Of a DNA stretch of 64,000 bases, positions 41,169 to 55,300 are shown one piece after another. How positions within the stretch are numbered: position 1 is the first letter of the stretch; each line of letters opens with the position of its first letter. A program made the translations under genes and the position numbers. The stretch comes from Sphaerodactylus townsendi (Eukaryota), in NCBI RefSeq assembly GCF_021028975.2, contig NC_059429.1, positions 80,476,001 to 80,540,000 on the forward strand, written 5' to 3'. The notes below the pieces were generated by a model. The model did no database searches and had not been told where the DNA came from. It saw nothing but the letters and a program-made list of their open reading frames with translations.

Positions 41169-44100
41169 CTGTACAGAAAGAGAAAAATATAATTTTTTAA
41201 CTTGCAGTCTTCTTCAAATCATCTATTTAAAGTACACACTCTAAGATCCTGTCTGTTAAGGTAAATGCTCAACTATTCTGAAACAGCAACTGACAGTTCT
41301 GGAGGTTAAATTTTGGATAAGTGCTTCTTTTCTTTCTGTTCAAACTTTGTTAAGTAGTAAACTAATACTGCACCAAGAAAACTCAAATTACATTTTCCGA
41401 ATAAACAGGTTTTGAAAGGCCTGTGTTCTGCTTTCAGTATAAAAGATGGATAGCCGTTCTCATAATGTTTCAGAAAACTGATACAGAAACTGGTAATAAT
41501 ATAGTTCACACTAATTGTCTCTTCTGGCTCACAGATCTGAAAGGTATTACATAAAAAAGCACTTTCCCCCAGTTGTTTTAAGTGCTGTAGCACTAAACCA
41601 GAAGAGGAATAAAATGCACTACAAGGAAAAAGTACCAGCTACACTGAAGATTTTGTGCCACTTCTCATGTAGATAAGCAACACAAATTACCACATCAAAT
41701 ATGTGACATGCAGGTGTATAATGTCAAAACCAGCGTTTCTGACCGTTCACTAACAGTCAGATAAGTGTGTCCTATTTCTCTTAAATATTGTCAGTAAGGC
41801 ATTAATCCAAACTATTCTTTCACTCAGAAAAAGTCTGGGTGAGCGGATGACACGGAAACATATCAGGCCAGCCCAAGCAGGGCTTGAGTCGGCATGGTAC
41901 AGTGGTTAGGAGCAGCAGACTCTAATCTGGAGAACCAGGTTTGATTCCCCACTCCTCCTCATGAGGGCTGCTGGATGACCTTGACCCAGTCACAGTTCAT
42001 TGAGAACTCTCTCAGCCCCATTTACCTCACAAGGTGTCTGTTTGGGGGGAAGAAAGGGAAGGTGATTATAAGCCACTTCGAGACTCCTTAGAGATACAGA
42101 AAAAGTAGGGTATAAAACCCAACTCTTCTTCTTAAAAGTTGCACAGCAAAATCCTAATGGCAATGTCAGCAGCCCTGCTTCCACAGCATACCTTAATGAA
42201 CACACACTCCCCTATGAACCTACCCAACCACTGTGCTTTGGCTACCTCTGCCGTGTGAAGTTAAGCACATGACATCCCGAGAACTGGCCTTCTCAATCAT
42301 GGCACTAACCCCCGCTTTCCTCAATACTTGTGTTTTTTGCCCTTATGGTGGTTGCTGAGAGCAAGCCAGAAGTAAATTTGAAGAATGTGCATATAACTAT
42401 CTACTAACCAAAAAATAAAAGTTTTGCGTACCTGCATATGAGGGCTATCCTTTTCTTTTGGTGAGAAAAACCGACCACCTTCTCCCCGCTTCCTGGCCAT
42501 GGCATGACGATGGCGGGACTCATGCAGATATTTCTGCAAACAGAACCATACAGTTGAAAGAATGAAAATGATCCTAACAATTCTTGCATGTTAATGTAGA
42601 CCACTCATTTTACCGTGGTCACAAGGAGAGCAAGTGCAAACAAGTATCCCACACTAAAAGTAATAGAAGGACAGGTCTGGAGGCCAGGATATGAGATTGC
42701 CAATAACAGTGAAAGAGGAAATGGTGTGGGGAAAAGCATAGAGAAGCAGAATTAACATTTCCCATTCTTGTTGGGAATGCTCTGTATTTGCCTTCCTTAT
42801 TATACTGGTAGGTCAGAGACATTCTGTAATTGACTAAAATCCTTTACTGTTTCAGTGGATGAGTTAACTACTATAAACAAGTGGTTGTGAGGACACACGT
42901 ATATCCTATTCTGCTTGTCAAGTATATTTGATCGTAACCTCACCCTTCGCTCTTTAGGGATTTTCCCTTCTGCTTCCAGCTTGGCTCTTGCTTGCCGCCT
43001 CTTTAGAATCCGGTGGTACTGTTTAGCATTAACATACAGGGGCTCCTCTTCAAGCATCTCTGCTCCAGGCAAAGGTATCCTCTGGATAGCTGGAACAGAT
43101 CCAGTCCCTGGCACCATCTGTATCAAGGCAAGGAAACAGTTCTCTTACATGAATGCATTCAAGCTGGATACATAAAAAAGAAGTTTTAAACACTTATGGT
43201 TCTTAGAAATTAAATCTATTGGAAAACAATCTATTGGAAAACAATCCTGCAGTCAAGAGTTTATTCAAATTCTACAAGAAAAACTTGGCATAAAAGCACA
43301 GTCTGACCGTTTACTATACTAGATTTAACGCAATACCAAATAGAAATCACAACAAATAAGACATAAAAGCCTTCTTCTGGCTTTGCTCCATTGTCAGAGA
43401 AAGACAGTTCATAAATAACGTAAATAAACAAGTTTCCTAGACATATACATTGTTACTAAGAACAAACTGGGACTTAGAAAACTGAACAAGAAATTATTCT
43501 GTAAATAAAATCTGGGGTGGAGTACAAGACAAATTAAGTACGTACCATCACCATTCCACCTGAATTGACCACATTTCCAGCAACAGGCAGTGTCACAGTT
43601 ACTGTCCCTTGTCCACTGCTGGTTGTGTTGGTGTTCGCTCCAGCCTGAACTATCTGGGCTCCAGCCAAACTGGCTGCTGGGATGGTGATCATGCCTGTAA
43701 CAGGGACTGTAACTTTAACAAACAAAAACAAAACAAAAAACATACACAAAAGATGAAGGGAACATAATTAGTCCCACTTCAGATTTTATCTCTCTGTTCT
43801 GAAATACACTTATGAATAACTGGATTCACAACCAACTTGTACTAAATTATAGATTGGTGTGAAAGAGTTTGTGCTTTGTGTGTGGAAGGTTCAAGAGAGA
43901 CCCGGGAGCAAATTCCCACTCTACTATGAAGCCTGTTTGGTGACACTGGGCTAGTCACAGTCACTTAGCTTAACCCATGTGACAGGGTTGTTGTGAGGAT
44001 AAAATGGAGAAGACAAAGAGATAAACTGTTCCCCACTGGGAAGACATGTGAGGTATAAATGAAGTAAATACAAAAATAAAATGTATTTTATGAAAAATAC

Positions 44101-47100
44101 TTTTATCCTGCCCTCCCAGCCAGTTGGTGCCCTCAAGGCACTGAACAGCTAAAACTAAGTTTAAAACAATATATTCATAATAATAGCAATTAAAACAGGA
44201 AGATGGATCAATGAGGGAACACCAATGAAAAAAGAAGTCTTCAGCCCTAGAGAGTTTCCTTGCCATGACTGAGAAGGCCCTTTCTTGGGTTGTCACCCAT
44301 CCAAACTCATATAAGGGGACACCCAAGCAGGGTCCTGACCATAATGATCAGGTATGTTTGTGTGTTATGGTGGCCATGGACATATTATGATCCTAAGTTA
44401 TATAGGGCTTTAAAAGTCAATACTACTACCTTGACGTGGCCCTGGAAGAAACGGAACAAGAGTAGAGTGACATTCTGTACCAACTGCAGTTTCTAGGAGG
44501 GCAACCCCAACCTTCAAGTAATCTGGATATTACTTATGTATTCACCATGGTGGCAAGATTTTTTACCCAAGGATAGTTGAATCTGGCTACCAGCTGAAGG
44601 ATACTACGATCAATGGAATCGACACCAATGAGGCACGAATCTACACTGCCCATCTCCCCAAACAGGTCATTTCACTCCCATATCTAGACCTGATACCACA
44701 TTGGAACAATCCACTTCATTCAGAAATCCTTGAAGTTGCCAGTCACCACTCATTCATTCACCCTTGCTCAAGAATGAAATGTGTGAGACTAGACAACAGT
44801 CATTCAAATATCCTGGGTCCGCAGTGCATTTCTTCAGAACACACCACTGCCTGTTTCATGCTTGAGGTAACCACTCCCTCTCCCAAGGATTTAATCAGTT
44901 CTTTGGTTTTCTGTGTCTCCCTGATCCAGTTAACCAGTTCCACCCCGCAACCCCCGGGGCAGATTTAAGCAACCAGAAGGTGCATGGGTAACAGAAGCAC
45001 CCTTATTCTTCCTGTGCTGCCCTTTCTCCTGTCTTAGCATACTGCAACGATCTGTGGGGTTTTTTTAAAGCTATATAAAACACATCTCACGTAAAGCAAG
45101 CTTTTGGCTTTTCTAAAAAAAAATAAAAATAGAATGCTCAGTTTCAAAAAGAAACTAGAAAGTGACACTTGTGATAAGCCAAATCAATGCTCCACCGCTT
45201 AAACTCAACACATCTTGCAATGTGTTCAGAGTCTTCAAATGGCATACATCAATGTAATTTCTTATGTTCTCAATTTCACGGCCCCAAAAAGCTACAAAAA
45301 TAGTCAAATGAATTTATGAATTTTAATTATCTTGGTTTCTAAAGACAAAAAAGCAAACAATACATATTGTTTTGAAAATGGTCAATACTATTTTTACATC
45401 CTTTTCCATGGCATGTAGAATTCTTACCTTGTTGAAGAATTGTTCCATCAGCATTAACTGGTTGATAGACAATTGTCTGGCCCTCAGCTGTCTGCGCCAC
45501 CTGCTGACCTTGGACAGCAATTTGAGGTTGCGTCTGAGGAGTACAAAAATATTCAATCAGACAAAATACAAAGCAATACAAAACTACAACACCGTATAAT
45601 TTTCTAATGTTCTAGGAACAACTTTAAAAAGAACTCACATTTCTTGATTAGGAGTGCTCAGACCAGTACTGAGCATTTCATTTTACTTTAGTCCCTCACT
45701 GCCATAAGTAAAATCTTTGCATTTTCTATGAACATATTTCCATCTCTTGGAAATGGGGATTCCAGTATCTTAATATTTTGTTTCCTTAAACATGGTAGTA
45801 GGTGATTTGATGAGTACAAAGGTGACATGAGAGAAGTATAGAACTTTAGACAAGATCATGAAGAAGCTAGAATTAACACATGAAATGAGGTAGGTGTTTA
45901 TGATAATTGGGTATACAGGAGCTGTAACAAACTGGCTAGAGAGTGTCAAGTATTAGCTGGGTGATGGTTTGCTGCGTCTAGCTGTATTTTAATAGCTTAT
46001 TCATTCTTTATCTGAATAGGTCAGACAAATCATGTAAAATCTGTACCACAAGCGCCTGTTTTGGGATAACATACAATTCTCTCAGAAATCCCATCAAGTG
46101 GAGCATAACAGACAAAATGATGCAGTATGTCAGTTGCACCTCCTCACATGATTATAGCAGATCAAAAAGAGAACTAGTGATCTGGATGTATTTCTATACA
46201 GACTTCAGTAAATTGCAAGGATATGACCATTGAAAACAACAAACTGAACACAAATTTCAGCGAACTCAAACAAATTATAATGGGATGTGTGTGGAATCAG
46301 GACTTATAATCATTATAGTACAGATCAATATAGTAAAGCATACAAACTAATTAGATAAATTGAATATCCCCCCCCCCCCAATATGCATGTGAACCAAATT
46401 AGATAAGTTAATTATTTCCCCCAGATGACGGCCAAGTCTTTCAAAAGTATATACAAATCCACTTGCTCTCACAAGTTTTCTCTTCATTTTCACACTTTTA
46501 CCTGTGTCTGGCCAGCAGTAACTGCAGTTTGGGGCTGCTGGATGATGATTTGCTGTGTCTGGCCTTGCTGACCTTGAACTTGCACAGCTTGCCCACTCTG
46601 AATCTGAATCTGGCTGGGCTGGACCAACTGAATCTGGGGGGAGAAAAGATAAATTAACTACTGTCACAACCTCAGACTTGATCAATGAAGGAATCAATAC
46701 TTTGAAAGCAGAATTCTCATTTATTGATGGCAAGCACAGGAAAGCTGTTGACTTAAACTGTCAGAACTGAGTACATTACAACAGGCAAAGCATTATATCC
46801 CCCACAGATATGTCAGGCCCACAATCTCCCCTTCTCGCCTCTGAAGTGGGAAGGTACTGTTTCACACTCTCACATGTTCCTCAGATGGTGAGAAATGGGA
46901 TGAAAACACTGCAGCTTTCTACCCCACCTCTGCAGCTGCAGAGGTAAGGACAGACTGGTACAGGGAAACATTCCCAAGTCTGCTTGAGCAGTAAGCATTC
47001 AGTAGATACAAATATGGCAGGACCCAGGCTAAGACACTAGAGAGTCATGACAACTACCATGTAAAACCTCAATATTGGCATTATCTAAATTATTCTCAGA

Positions 47101-50100
47101 TAATCTCAACCTTCAGCTGCCAACAAACCAAACCTGATTTTTCCTCTTATAAAGCCAGAACAAAGACAATATATGCAATTACTAAAGCAAGGTCAAAACA
47201 ACAGCAAAAAACCATTAATAAAAGATCATTAAATTTCTAAGCAAGCAGAATGGAAGTCTGAATCTTGCTGTAAAAGTTCCTTCTACCTGGAATTTGGAAG
47301 ACATCATTTTTGATACTTGGGGTACTCCAGTATTCTTCGATGAAGGAAACTAACTGAAGACTTCAGTCTTTGCCCAAGGGATTTGTGCACTAAAACTACC
47401 ATCAAAAATGCCTACCCCAATAACAACTTTGTTAACAAACAGTTAACATACTTCTAGAGTGTAATGAAGATATTATAGTTTGCTAGAGAATATTGGGAAA
47501 AATCCCAGCAGACCAGAGATCACAACTGAGAAAACAGCAATCCATCTCCTGTTGTGCCTGTCTATACCCGGGGGGGTGGGGGGGGGGGAGGATGTCTTCT
47601 GAATCCCAGGTAGAAGAAACTTTTATAATCAGTTCAACAAACCATTCTCTGCTGGAACCAGAGTACATGATTTTAATGACTGGGATATTATAGACATACA
47701 AATTAGGGGGGGGGGGGATTTCCAATCCCTCACTGATTATATAATTTGCTGATGCCTATTTGCCCAAATGCTGTACCATCTAAGGTAATGGTATTCAATC
47801 TGTAGTGTCAAACCACTGTGGAGAATGAAGTTTTATAAATTTCCAGCACCAAAACATTTTTTCTGAAGGCAGCATTTATCGCAGAGCTCTAACAGTGATG
47901 CCCCCTCCTGCATGAGAATCACAAACTTGTAGGCTATGTGAATGCATTGTTGCAGACAGTCACCTCAGAAAACCTTTTGCTATGGGATGAAGAATATGAA
48001 ACAGAAAATGGATTTCCTGAACAGAGCCATCTTTTGAATGTGAATATGTAGAACTCTGTGCAAGTCTGCAGAATGTTAATCTTTCTCCATTGGATGAACT
48101 GGATTGGGCAGAAAGGGGGTATTGTTAGTTTCTGAGTCTTATGAAACTGTGACCGAGGCCCCTTCTGCACACGCAAAATAATGCGTTTTCAAACCACTTT
48201 CACAATTGTTTGCAAGTGGATTTTGCCATTCCACACAGTTTCAAAGAGCACTGAAAGCAGTTTGAAAGTGCATTATTCTGCATGTGCGGAATGAGCCCAA
48301 CTGTGGGACAGAGGTGCGATGTGAACAAAAGACCACCTTATCCTTGTGAAAAACAAACAATTCTGGTCCAAGGTAAAGTAGTCCAATTCTGATATACAAC
48401 TTATTGAAGTGACCCTGTGTTAGGAGACTGGCAAAAATGGCCAGCATAGCAATAAGGATAATTTCACCAGACTGGAAAACCATGACTTTCTAGGTCAGTA
48501 GAGTGATGCATATCAATTTGGTCCTGGTCTTCTCCCACTTGAGTTTCTTTATCAAGTCAGAACAGTGCAGAACAGAGACAACATTGATTTGTTCTGTCCT
48601 AGTCACTGAACAAAGAACTGTTCTGAGGAGATGCAAACAGCTCCAACTGAGGGCTTTTGAAACATCTGAAAACCCAAGGATCCAAATTCCATTTCCTTGG
48701 TTCGAGTGTTCCCTAATGAGCAAGTTTGTCATTGTGAATGCCTCTGATGTGTTCTGCCCTCTGTGTAAGAAGCACTGTATCAGACCATATGTAATGATCT
48801 TATGGAATACTCCCAACACCACACAGATGGCTCTTAAAAGGCACTAGAAAAATTCATCAACCATTGGCCTATCAACAATTATTAGCAAAAGTAGTTAAGA
48901 ATAGAATTTCTGCATTCAACAGCATCAGACTGCTGGAAACAAACATCAGACATTGTGCCATGCTGGTTTGTCCATCAATCTTTATTTCATGGAGTTGGCA
49001 TACCGACCTGTTGTAGTCCCTGTGATCCTGAAACTGGAACTTGCATAATGGTCTGACCTTGACTCCCTGGTACAGCCTGCACCATGATTGGCTGACCAGT
49101 TGATGTGATCAGCTGACCTCCACTCACTTGTACCATTAATGGCTGACCCTGCACCTAAAGAAATAAGGAAAAACAACACAGTGAAATAGAAATCCAATAA
49201 GTTGTATATTATCAACTACACTGATACACTACCTACACATAAGTCAAAATATAACACAAATGAAAATAACATATTAGCCTGAACTGAGATGTATTTGCTT
49301 CTCAGAAACTCCTAGTTTGCCCTACCATCTACAAAATGCCAGATACAAGAAAAAGAAACCCACCACTGGTCTCTACCTGGATAAAATATGGAGCAACAAA
49401 GTATGTACAGCCAGAGTTATAGATCACACAAAGATAAGTCATTACAGAGCCCTTAAGGGTAGTATCTTAAGACCAGCAAATCAAGGACTTTTAACTGCCA
49501 TTTTCCAACCTTCTTTCATGTACCCCTTTTCAGCTAAGGAGCCTGTGCAATTAGAAGCAGAAGAGAAAGTAGTATATAAGCAGGAGAGGGCAAGCTATAT
49601 GCTTGGAGTCATGTTTTGCATATCTGTACAGAATTCAGAGTCAGCAATATGATCTGTATCAGAGAACTGATGGTAGACAAACTATTGCTAACCAGCTGAA
49701 GTTTCAAGGCAGTTCATATAATAGTCATGGTGTAGGTAATTCTAGATCCCTGAAATATTGAGATCTAAACATATGGTGCCTCTATTAGCCTTTCAAACAC
49801 TGTACGTTGCGCAAAAAGCTCTGCCTTTTTTTCTTCCCAAATATACTTCAACTCCAATGGCTACATATTCAGGAAAATAAAGTTTAGATATTCAAAATTT
49901 TAACAAGAGAGGGATAGGAGCATGCAGATGTACTGTTCACCCACAGATGTCAGCTCTGCTAAAAAAACTATAGCCTGCTGGCTTGACACAAGGACTGTTT
50001 TCATGACTAGAGAGATTTTGCCCAAGGTAGATATGATTAAGAAAAATCATGAGGAAAACAAAGCAGAAGAGAGTTTTTTTTAAAGATGACATATGAGAAT

Positions 50101-52394
50101 CAGTTGTCAAAATCTACTTCTCCAGCAGCCAGCTCTTCCTTTCTTAGAGTCTGAAAGGGGATAGTAGACAGTAATGTTTTCCAGAGTGTTAAGCACAGAA
50201 AGAAACAGAACTGAAGAGGAGCTCAGGGTTAACTCTGGACTAAGTCAACATAATATAAGCAAGTCTTTTTTTTTGTATTAGTTCACTGGATATTAATTCA
50301 TTACATTCAGAACTATTGACCTTTACTTTAGAACCAGATGCCAATTTCACAAGCACCTCCTCCCCACAAGCAAAACAAATCACTGTAAACCCCTGAAGAA
50401 AAAAAGCCCCCAAAGAGAGAAAGGTGAACAACTTAAGTCATAACATTCACCAATGAAAAATTAAAAATGCTTCAGACAGTCCTGGCACAGCTTACAAATG
50501 AGATGATGCTCACAATGACAACCATTTCACAAGAGTACACATCAAGGTCTGAAATATCCCTTCTCAATGGATCACAATTTTAATCTAATTAATTTTTCAG
50601 ACTAATGTAATACAAATAACGACATCATCTAATCTGCTTTAGTAAGATTTTAAAAAGTTCTGAGCTTCTTTAAATAAAATCTGATTGGGATGAGGGAAGC
50701 AAGGGTGCACCAAGTGTCATTGTTTAGGATTTCCTTCAAAAGAAGAGGCTGCACTATACAATGCTTTCTCTCTTTGCTGCCTATTCAAAATAAGGATCTT
50801 CCTATTTATAACAACAGAAACTTCATGGAACGGCATGCAGCTTATGGGACACTGCATGCAGATCAGCTCCAACAATTTTGTTAATTGTACTTTTATCCAT
50901 CTACAGTTAGCATAAGCCATAGCAGTTACAGAGCATTAAAAATGTTACTATTCTTCTGTTCCTATTTCAAGCTCCAGTACAAACACAGCATCAGACATGA
51001 GGTGATGGGGTGATTCATGCAGTGCTCACAGGAATACAACAGATAGATCACCACTACCTGGAGGGTCTGGACTTGCTGGCCTGAGGCAGATGCCACCTGA
51101 GCCTCAGTCTGCAACTGGACAGCAGTGACACCACCCTGCTGCTGGGAACAGGAACAGGAAGAGCTTGAAACTTTGCAGGAGGGCAGGAAAAACTCAAAAC
51201 AAAAAACATCCTTACTATCAGCAGAAGAACAGACCTTATGTGGCTTTGCTTGTTGTGATAACCACTAGTGCTTGACTTGAGCTATATTTACTAACAAGAG
51301 AACAACAAAGGCCCCATATTAAAATTTGGAAACTTAAAACTTTNNNNNNNNNNNNNNNNNNNNNNNNNNNNNNNNNNNNNNNNNNNNNNNNNNNNNNNNN
51401 NNNNNNNNNNNNNNNNNNNNNNNNNNNNNNNNNNNNNNNNNNNNNNNNNNNNNNNNNNNNNNNNNNNNNNNNNNNNNNNNNNNNNNNNNNNNNNNNNNNN
51501 NNNNNNNNNCTAAAGAACAAATCTCAATAACCTCTTGGAGGATGTTACCTATATCAGTATACCTTTAATAATGTACTGTTAGGACCCCCCTAAGAAACAA
51601 AAACATACCAATCTATGAAAACAGAGGTAGGCTAAGATAAGAAAGGGAAATAAAGTTACACTGACCAGCTTAAAACCACTCACTACATCATTAATATGTA
51701 TACTACTACACAGAGCCTCACTGAACTGACTATTTTGCTCTTATCTGAACAAGCAAAACTTTCCTTCCTGGTTCAACAAATCAGATCAAAGGGAGTCTGT
51801 ACTATTACTCAAGAAATACTACAAAAGTCTACACTAAGTGAAGTGTGACTGATATTATGTTTCGTATGCACCACAATGCCTGCTCCACAGACTGAACTGT
51901 ACAGAAAACCAAAGAACTGATGAAATAGTGTTAAGGCCACCTATCTACACAGATGATATGATCAATCCTTCCATTTTTTAGGCATTCTGAGATTTTTTTC
52001 AAACTTTCCCGTATTCTCATAAAAATAACATATCATCTTACACAGTACAGAAGAAAAACAAAACCACTTTGGAAGAACAGGTGGGAGAAAAGCAATATAG
52101 AAAGAAACTAATTTAAAAGTCAAAATGCTTTGATACTGTGTATTATGGCACATGCTCAGACTAAGACATATTGATTTACAGGAGATTTCTTACATCTTCA
52201 GGCAAAGTAAGCTCTAGATAAAATCACAACCAGTAAAGCAACATCTATGCTCATTGGTGTCTAAAACAGAAGCGAATAACCAAAGCCTTGAGCTCATCCT
52301 CATAAATAATTTCCCACACCTGTTGTTGAATCTGGCCAGCTTGTACAACTATCTGTTCAGTCGAACTATTGCTGTTTGTTGTGTACTGCTCCAT
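41115..52394 (-). CDS. NFYA: NFYA nuclear transcription factor Y subunit alpha, long isoform; join(52394..52320,51141..51055,49154..49008,46633..46502,45533..45428,43712..43546,43117..42944,42533..42432,41168..41115), 347 aa
   Basis: MEQYTTNSNSSTEQIVVQAGQIQQQ..., a Q-rich activation domain, the HAP2/CBF-B domain EEPLYVNAKQYHRILKRRQARAKLE...KYLHESRHRHAMARKRGEGGRF, and the C-terminus EEAMTQMIRVS*. Exons sum to 1044 nt. Confidence 0.97.
41887..42133 (+). mobile_element. Squam3-like SINE
   Basis: TGGTACAGTGG box A, GGTTTGATTCCC box B, CTT tail. Confidence 0.8.
42432..42533 (-). CDS. NFYA: NFYA exon 9 (CCAAT-binding helix A2)
   Basis: KYLHESRHRHAMARKRGEGGRFFSPKEKDSPHMQ. Confidence 0.97.
42944..43117 (-). 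CDS. NFYA: NFYA exon 8 (subunit-interaction helix A1)
   Basis: MVPGTGSVPAIQRIPLPGAEMLEEEPLYVNAKQYHRILKRRQARAKLEAEGKIPKERR. Confidence 0.97.
43546..43712 (-). CDS. NFYA: NFYA exon 7 (alternative acceptor at 43694)
   Basis: VTVPVTGMITIPAASLAGAQIVQAGANTNTTSSGQGTVTVTLPVAGNVVNSGGMVM. Confidence 0.95.
44080..44900 (-). mobile_element. L2-like LINE fragment
   Basis: Degenerate RT C-terminal region (QERAFSVMA) and tail GGGAGGGCAGGATAAAAGT. Confidence 0.55.
45428..45533 (-). CDS. NFYA: NFYA exon 6
   Basis: TQPQIAVQGQQVAQTAEGQTIVYQPVNADGTILQQ. Confidence 0.95.
46502..46633 (-). CDS. NFYA: NFYA exon 5
   Basis: IQLVQPSQIQIQSGQAVQVQGQQGQTQQIIIQQPQTAVTAGQTQ. Confidence 0.95.
48157..48297. mobile_element. 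141-bp MITE (copy 1)
   Basis: Long TIRs; a near-identical inverted copy lies at 63263-63403. Confidence 0.8.
49008..49154 (-). CDS. NFYA: NFYA exon 4
   Basis: VQGQPLMVQVSGGQLITSTGQPIMVQAVPGSQGQTIMQVPVSGSQGLQQ. Confidence 0.95.
51055..51141 (-). CDS. NFYA: NFYA cassette exon 3 (long isoform)
   Basis: QQGGVTAVQLQTEAQVASASGQQVQTLQV; CAGCAGCAG acceptor and tandem donor GTAGTG. Confidence 0.93.
51344..51509. other. assembly gap (166 N) in NFYA intron 2
   Basis: Run of N. Confidence 1.
52320..52394 (-). CDS. NFYA: NFYA first coding exon (exon begins at 52434)
   Basis: MEQYTTNSNSSTEQIVVQAGQIQQQ|GTGTG. Confidence 0.95.
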
Positions 52395-55300
52395 TTTTTT
52401 TCAGTCTTCTGTACAGCAAGCTTCAACTGTAATCCTAGAAAGAAAAAGATTATTCTTAAAGTTGATCAAAAATGTCAGGAAAAATGAAAACAGTACATTC
52501 TTCTACTTAGGATGCCTTAACAACGAAGCAATCCAGCTTTCCAATTATCTAATTATTAAAATCATATTTAAATAACTTTAAACAGAACACATATTGAAAA
52601 TATTTTGTAGCATTCAATATTTTTATTGCCAGGATTGTGGAAATCTATTCTGGAAGTGCAACTTTCATTTTTCTTAATATGGTGTGCTTCATATTTCTTT
52701 AGAGCAGGAGCTTAGTTCTATGAACCATTTGGGGTTTTCAGTTAGAGCCTTAGAGCTGAAAGATCTTATCTGAGGCTTTCAACTATAAAGCACACTTGAA
52801 GATCAGTTTACAAATTCTGTGTACTCTGTATACTGCGAAACTTTGCTTCCAAGGTCTTATTCTTCTTCAATAACTACTTCAGAAGTCAAGAAAAACTAAA
52901 GATCTTCCATTTATTTATTGCCTTAAAAACATACAAAACAACAGATAGCATGAATGAGCCTGCTTCTGCTTCGAAAGTTGGAGGTGAGATATTCTTGTGG
53001 GACAATTTTTACATAGCTGCCTGTTGCCCTCTGGCTAGTTCTTTGCAGATTACCAGTTTTTTAAAAACTGACACCAGTGTTCACAAACTACAGATTTTTT
53101 AAAAGTAAAAAAACCCACCTTACTGGGACTGTCTTGGAATAAATCCTACTCATAAACTCCCCCCATCACTCATCCCATTTTGGGGGTCCATATGTTACCT
53201 ACATACAGGGGCCAGCAATAGAACTAAAATAAAATATAGAACACTTTGCAACCAAACAAAATCAGTAAAGTACCATATTACCAAGAACAATATACGTTTT
53301 CAGCACAGATTAATCACCTTCAAGGATGATTCAACAGAGAACCTACAGTAAAGATTCCTCATAAAGGTAAACAACAAATAACAGCAATATACCTGGCTGA
53401 CATGTGAAGGTCACAGCACAAAACAAACCAACAGAAGACAACACACAGAAGTACACCAGACTATAATAAATCAAGCAATTATGTTTATCAGAGGAATGAG
53501 CAAATAGCCCCTAGGTCTGTTTTACCTGACCTGCTAATTGATAACCTGAGTTCCTTCTTCTTACCACACACTGAGACAAGCTCACTTAACATTACATTTG
53601 ATGTTATATGAATTACATTAACTGTGGAAACAGCCGCAGTATGGCTCCTTCCAATGTTCCTTGGTTTATATCAGAAACTTACACACACATGGCAGAAGCC
53701 CACAGAAGCCTGTCAAGGGAGCACCACTCCTCCCAAAACTTAGGTGATGCTGGTGAAGGAAGAAACCAGATCATCATGGACTCTGGTTACACAACTTGAG
53801 TCTTCTGATACAATCAAGGCAGCATGTAAATGTGTTGCACTGCAGTGGCTCCCGTGTCATATAGGTTGTGTCAAAATGAGAATTTATTGCTTCTGTGCTG
53901 TTTCCCCCACTCTGTACAGCCCCATCCCAAACACCCAAGCCATTCTAACCATGTACATGTGTGTGTATATATATCTATCCATAACTGATCTCTGGATGTT
54001 GTGCAGGACTAATGAAACTATGATGGATGGTGAAAGGAGGCTGCAAACAGCAAGAAAAGGGTTCATGACACTTCACAGATCTTTTTTGAGTTGGAAAGAC
54101 TAAATGCCATCTCTCTGGATCAGCTCCTGTAGTTAAAAAAGCAAAAAACTCAAGTCTCCTTAACAGTTGCATTCTCTGAAGGCAGGTTAAGGACAGGTCT
54201 CTTACAGCTCCAACCTAAAAAACTAGTGTTCATGATCAGAGGTTTCTGGGAACAGGATTGCTTTCAGCAACACTCCTCAAGTGAAAGCAAATGTTATATA
54301 ACTTCCTAATGTCTGGGGCTTATGAATGAGACAGAAAGAAGCAATGTATAAAGAGAGCAGAAACTGTTAATACCAAGATCAATAAGGAAGCATTCAAAAT
54401 AGTTGATAAAAGATTGCCTATGGCATCACTCCCTTTCTGTCCACATTTCCAAGGCTGATTAATATGCACATATCAAGTCTAAATGAAGGTACAAAGATAT
54501 TCTAGGTAGTGCCTTCACAAAATGGAGCCCCTTTCCTTCAAAACATGCCCAAGTCTGACATCTTCTGGAAGAAATGCACTTTTAAAAGCTGCATTTTCAT
54601 GTCCATGTTTAAGGTATCTTAAATAAGCAGGTTTTGGAGAATAAATTTTCTCTTATCTCTTAATGTTTTAAGAAGAGCATTATTTTGCATCTGCTTTTCT
54701 AAACTGCAATTTGCCAAAATATTTGCAATATACTGGTAGTAGAATGGTAAATCTGTCAGAATTTATTACTAGTTAACTAAATAATTTTCTTTGGCAACTT
54801 ACTAAAACACTGACTTTGCATCATAAAATGTTTTTTAAATACAGGAAAATATGGTGAAAAGTGTAGGTTATACAGTTCCTTTTTGTTTGGTCACCAATTG
54901 TATTTATACAACTCAATTTTATACAAGTGTATTGAAAAGTAATTTACAATGGGACGAAGTATCCATAATGTTACACTCCTTAGGCACAAAAATAAAGATG
55001 TACTGATACTAATCTGCAACACAGCAACTGAAAATGTCGCTTCCAGAGTTAATAAATCTCACGTTTTGACAGGAAAATTAAATTATAATATATTTCCAGG
55101 TTCAGCCATGAATGTTACTGCCAGATTTTAGCAAAGCTTTTAACAGTTTCTGAACTTCCAAAGAACAAAACATTTATTACAGTTGGGTTGTTTATCAACA
55201 TTACACCTTAGGATTGCATTCTGAACCTCCCCAACTGTATTACACTTGAGGAAGTAAAAGGTTTATTCAGAAAATCTGGAATATTTTCAAAAAGTTGTAG

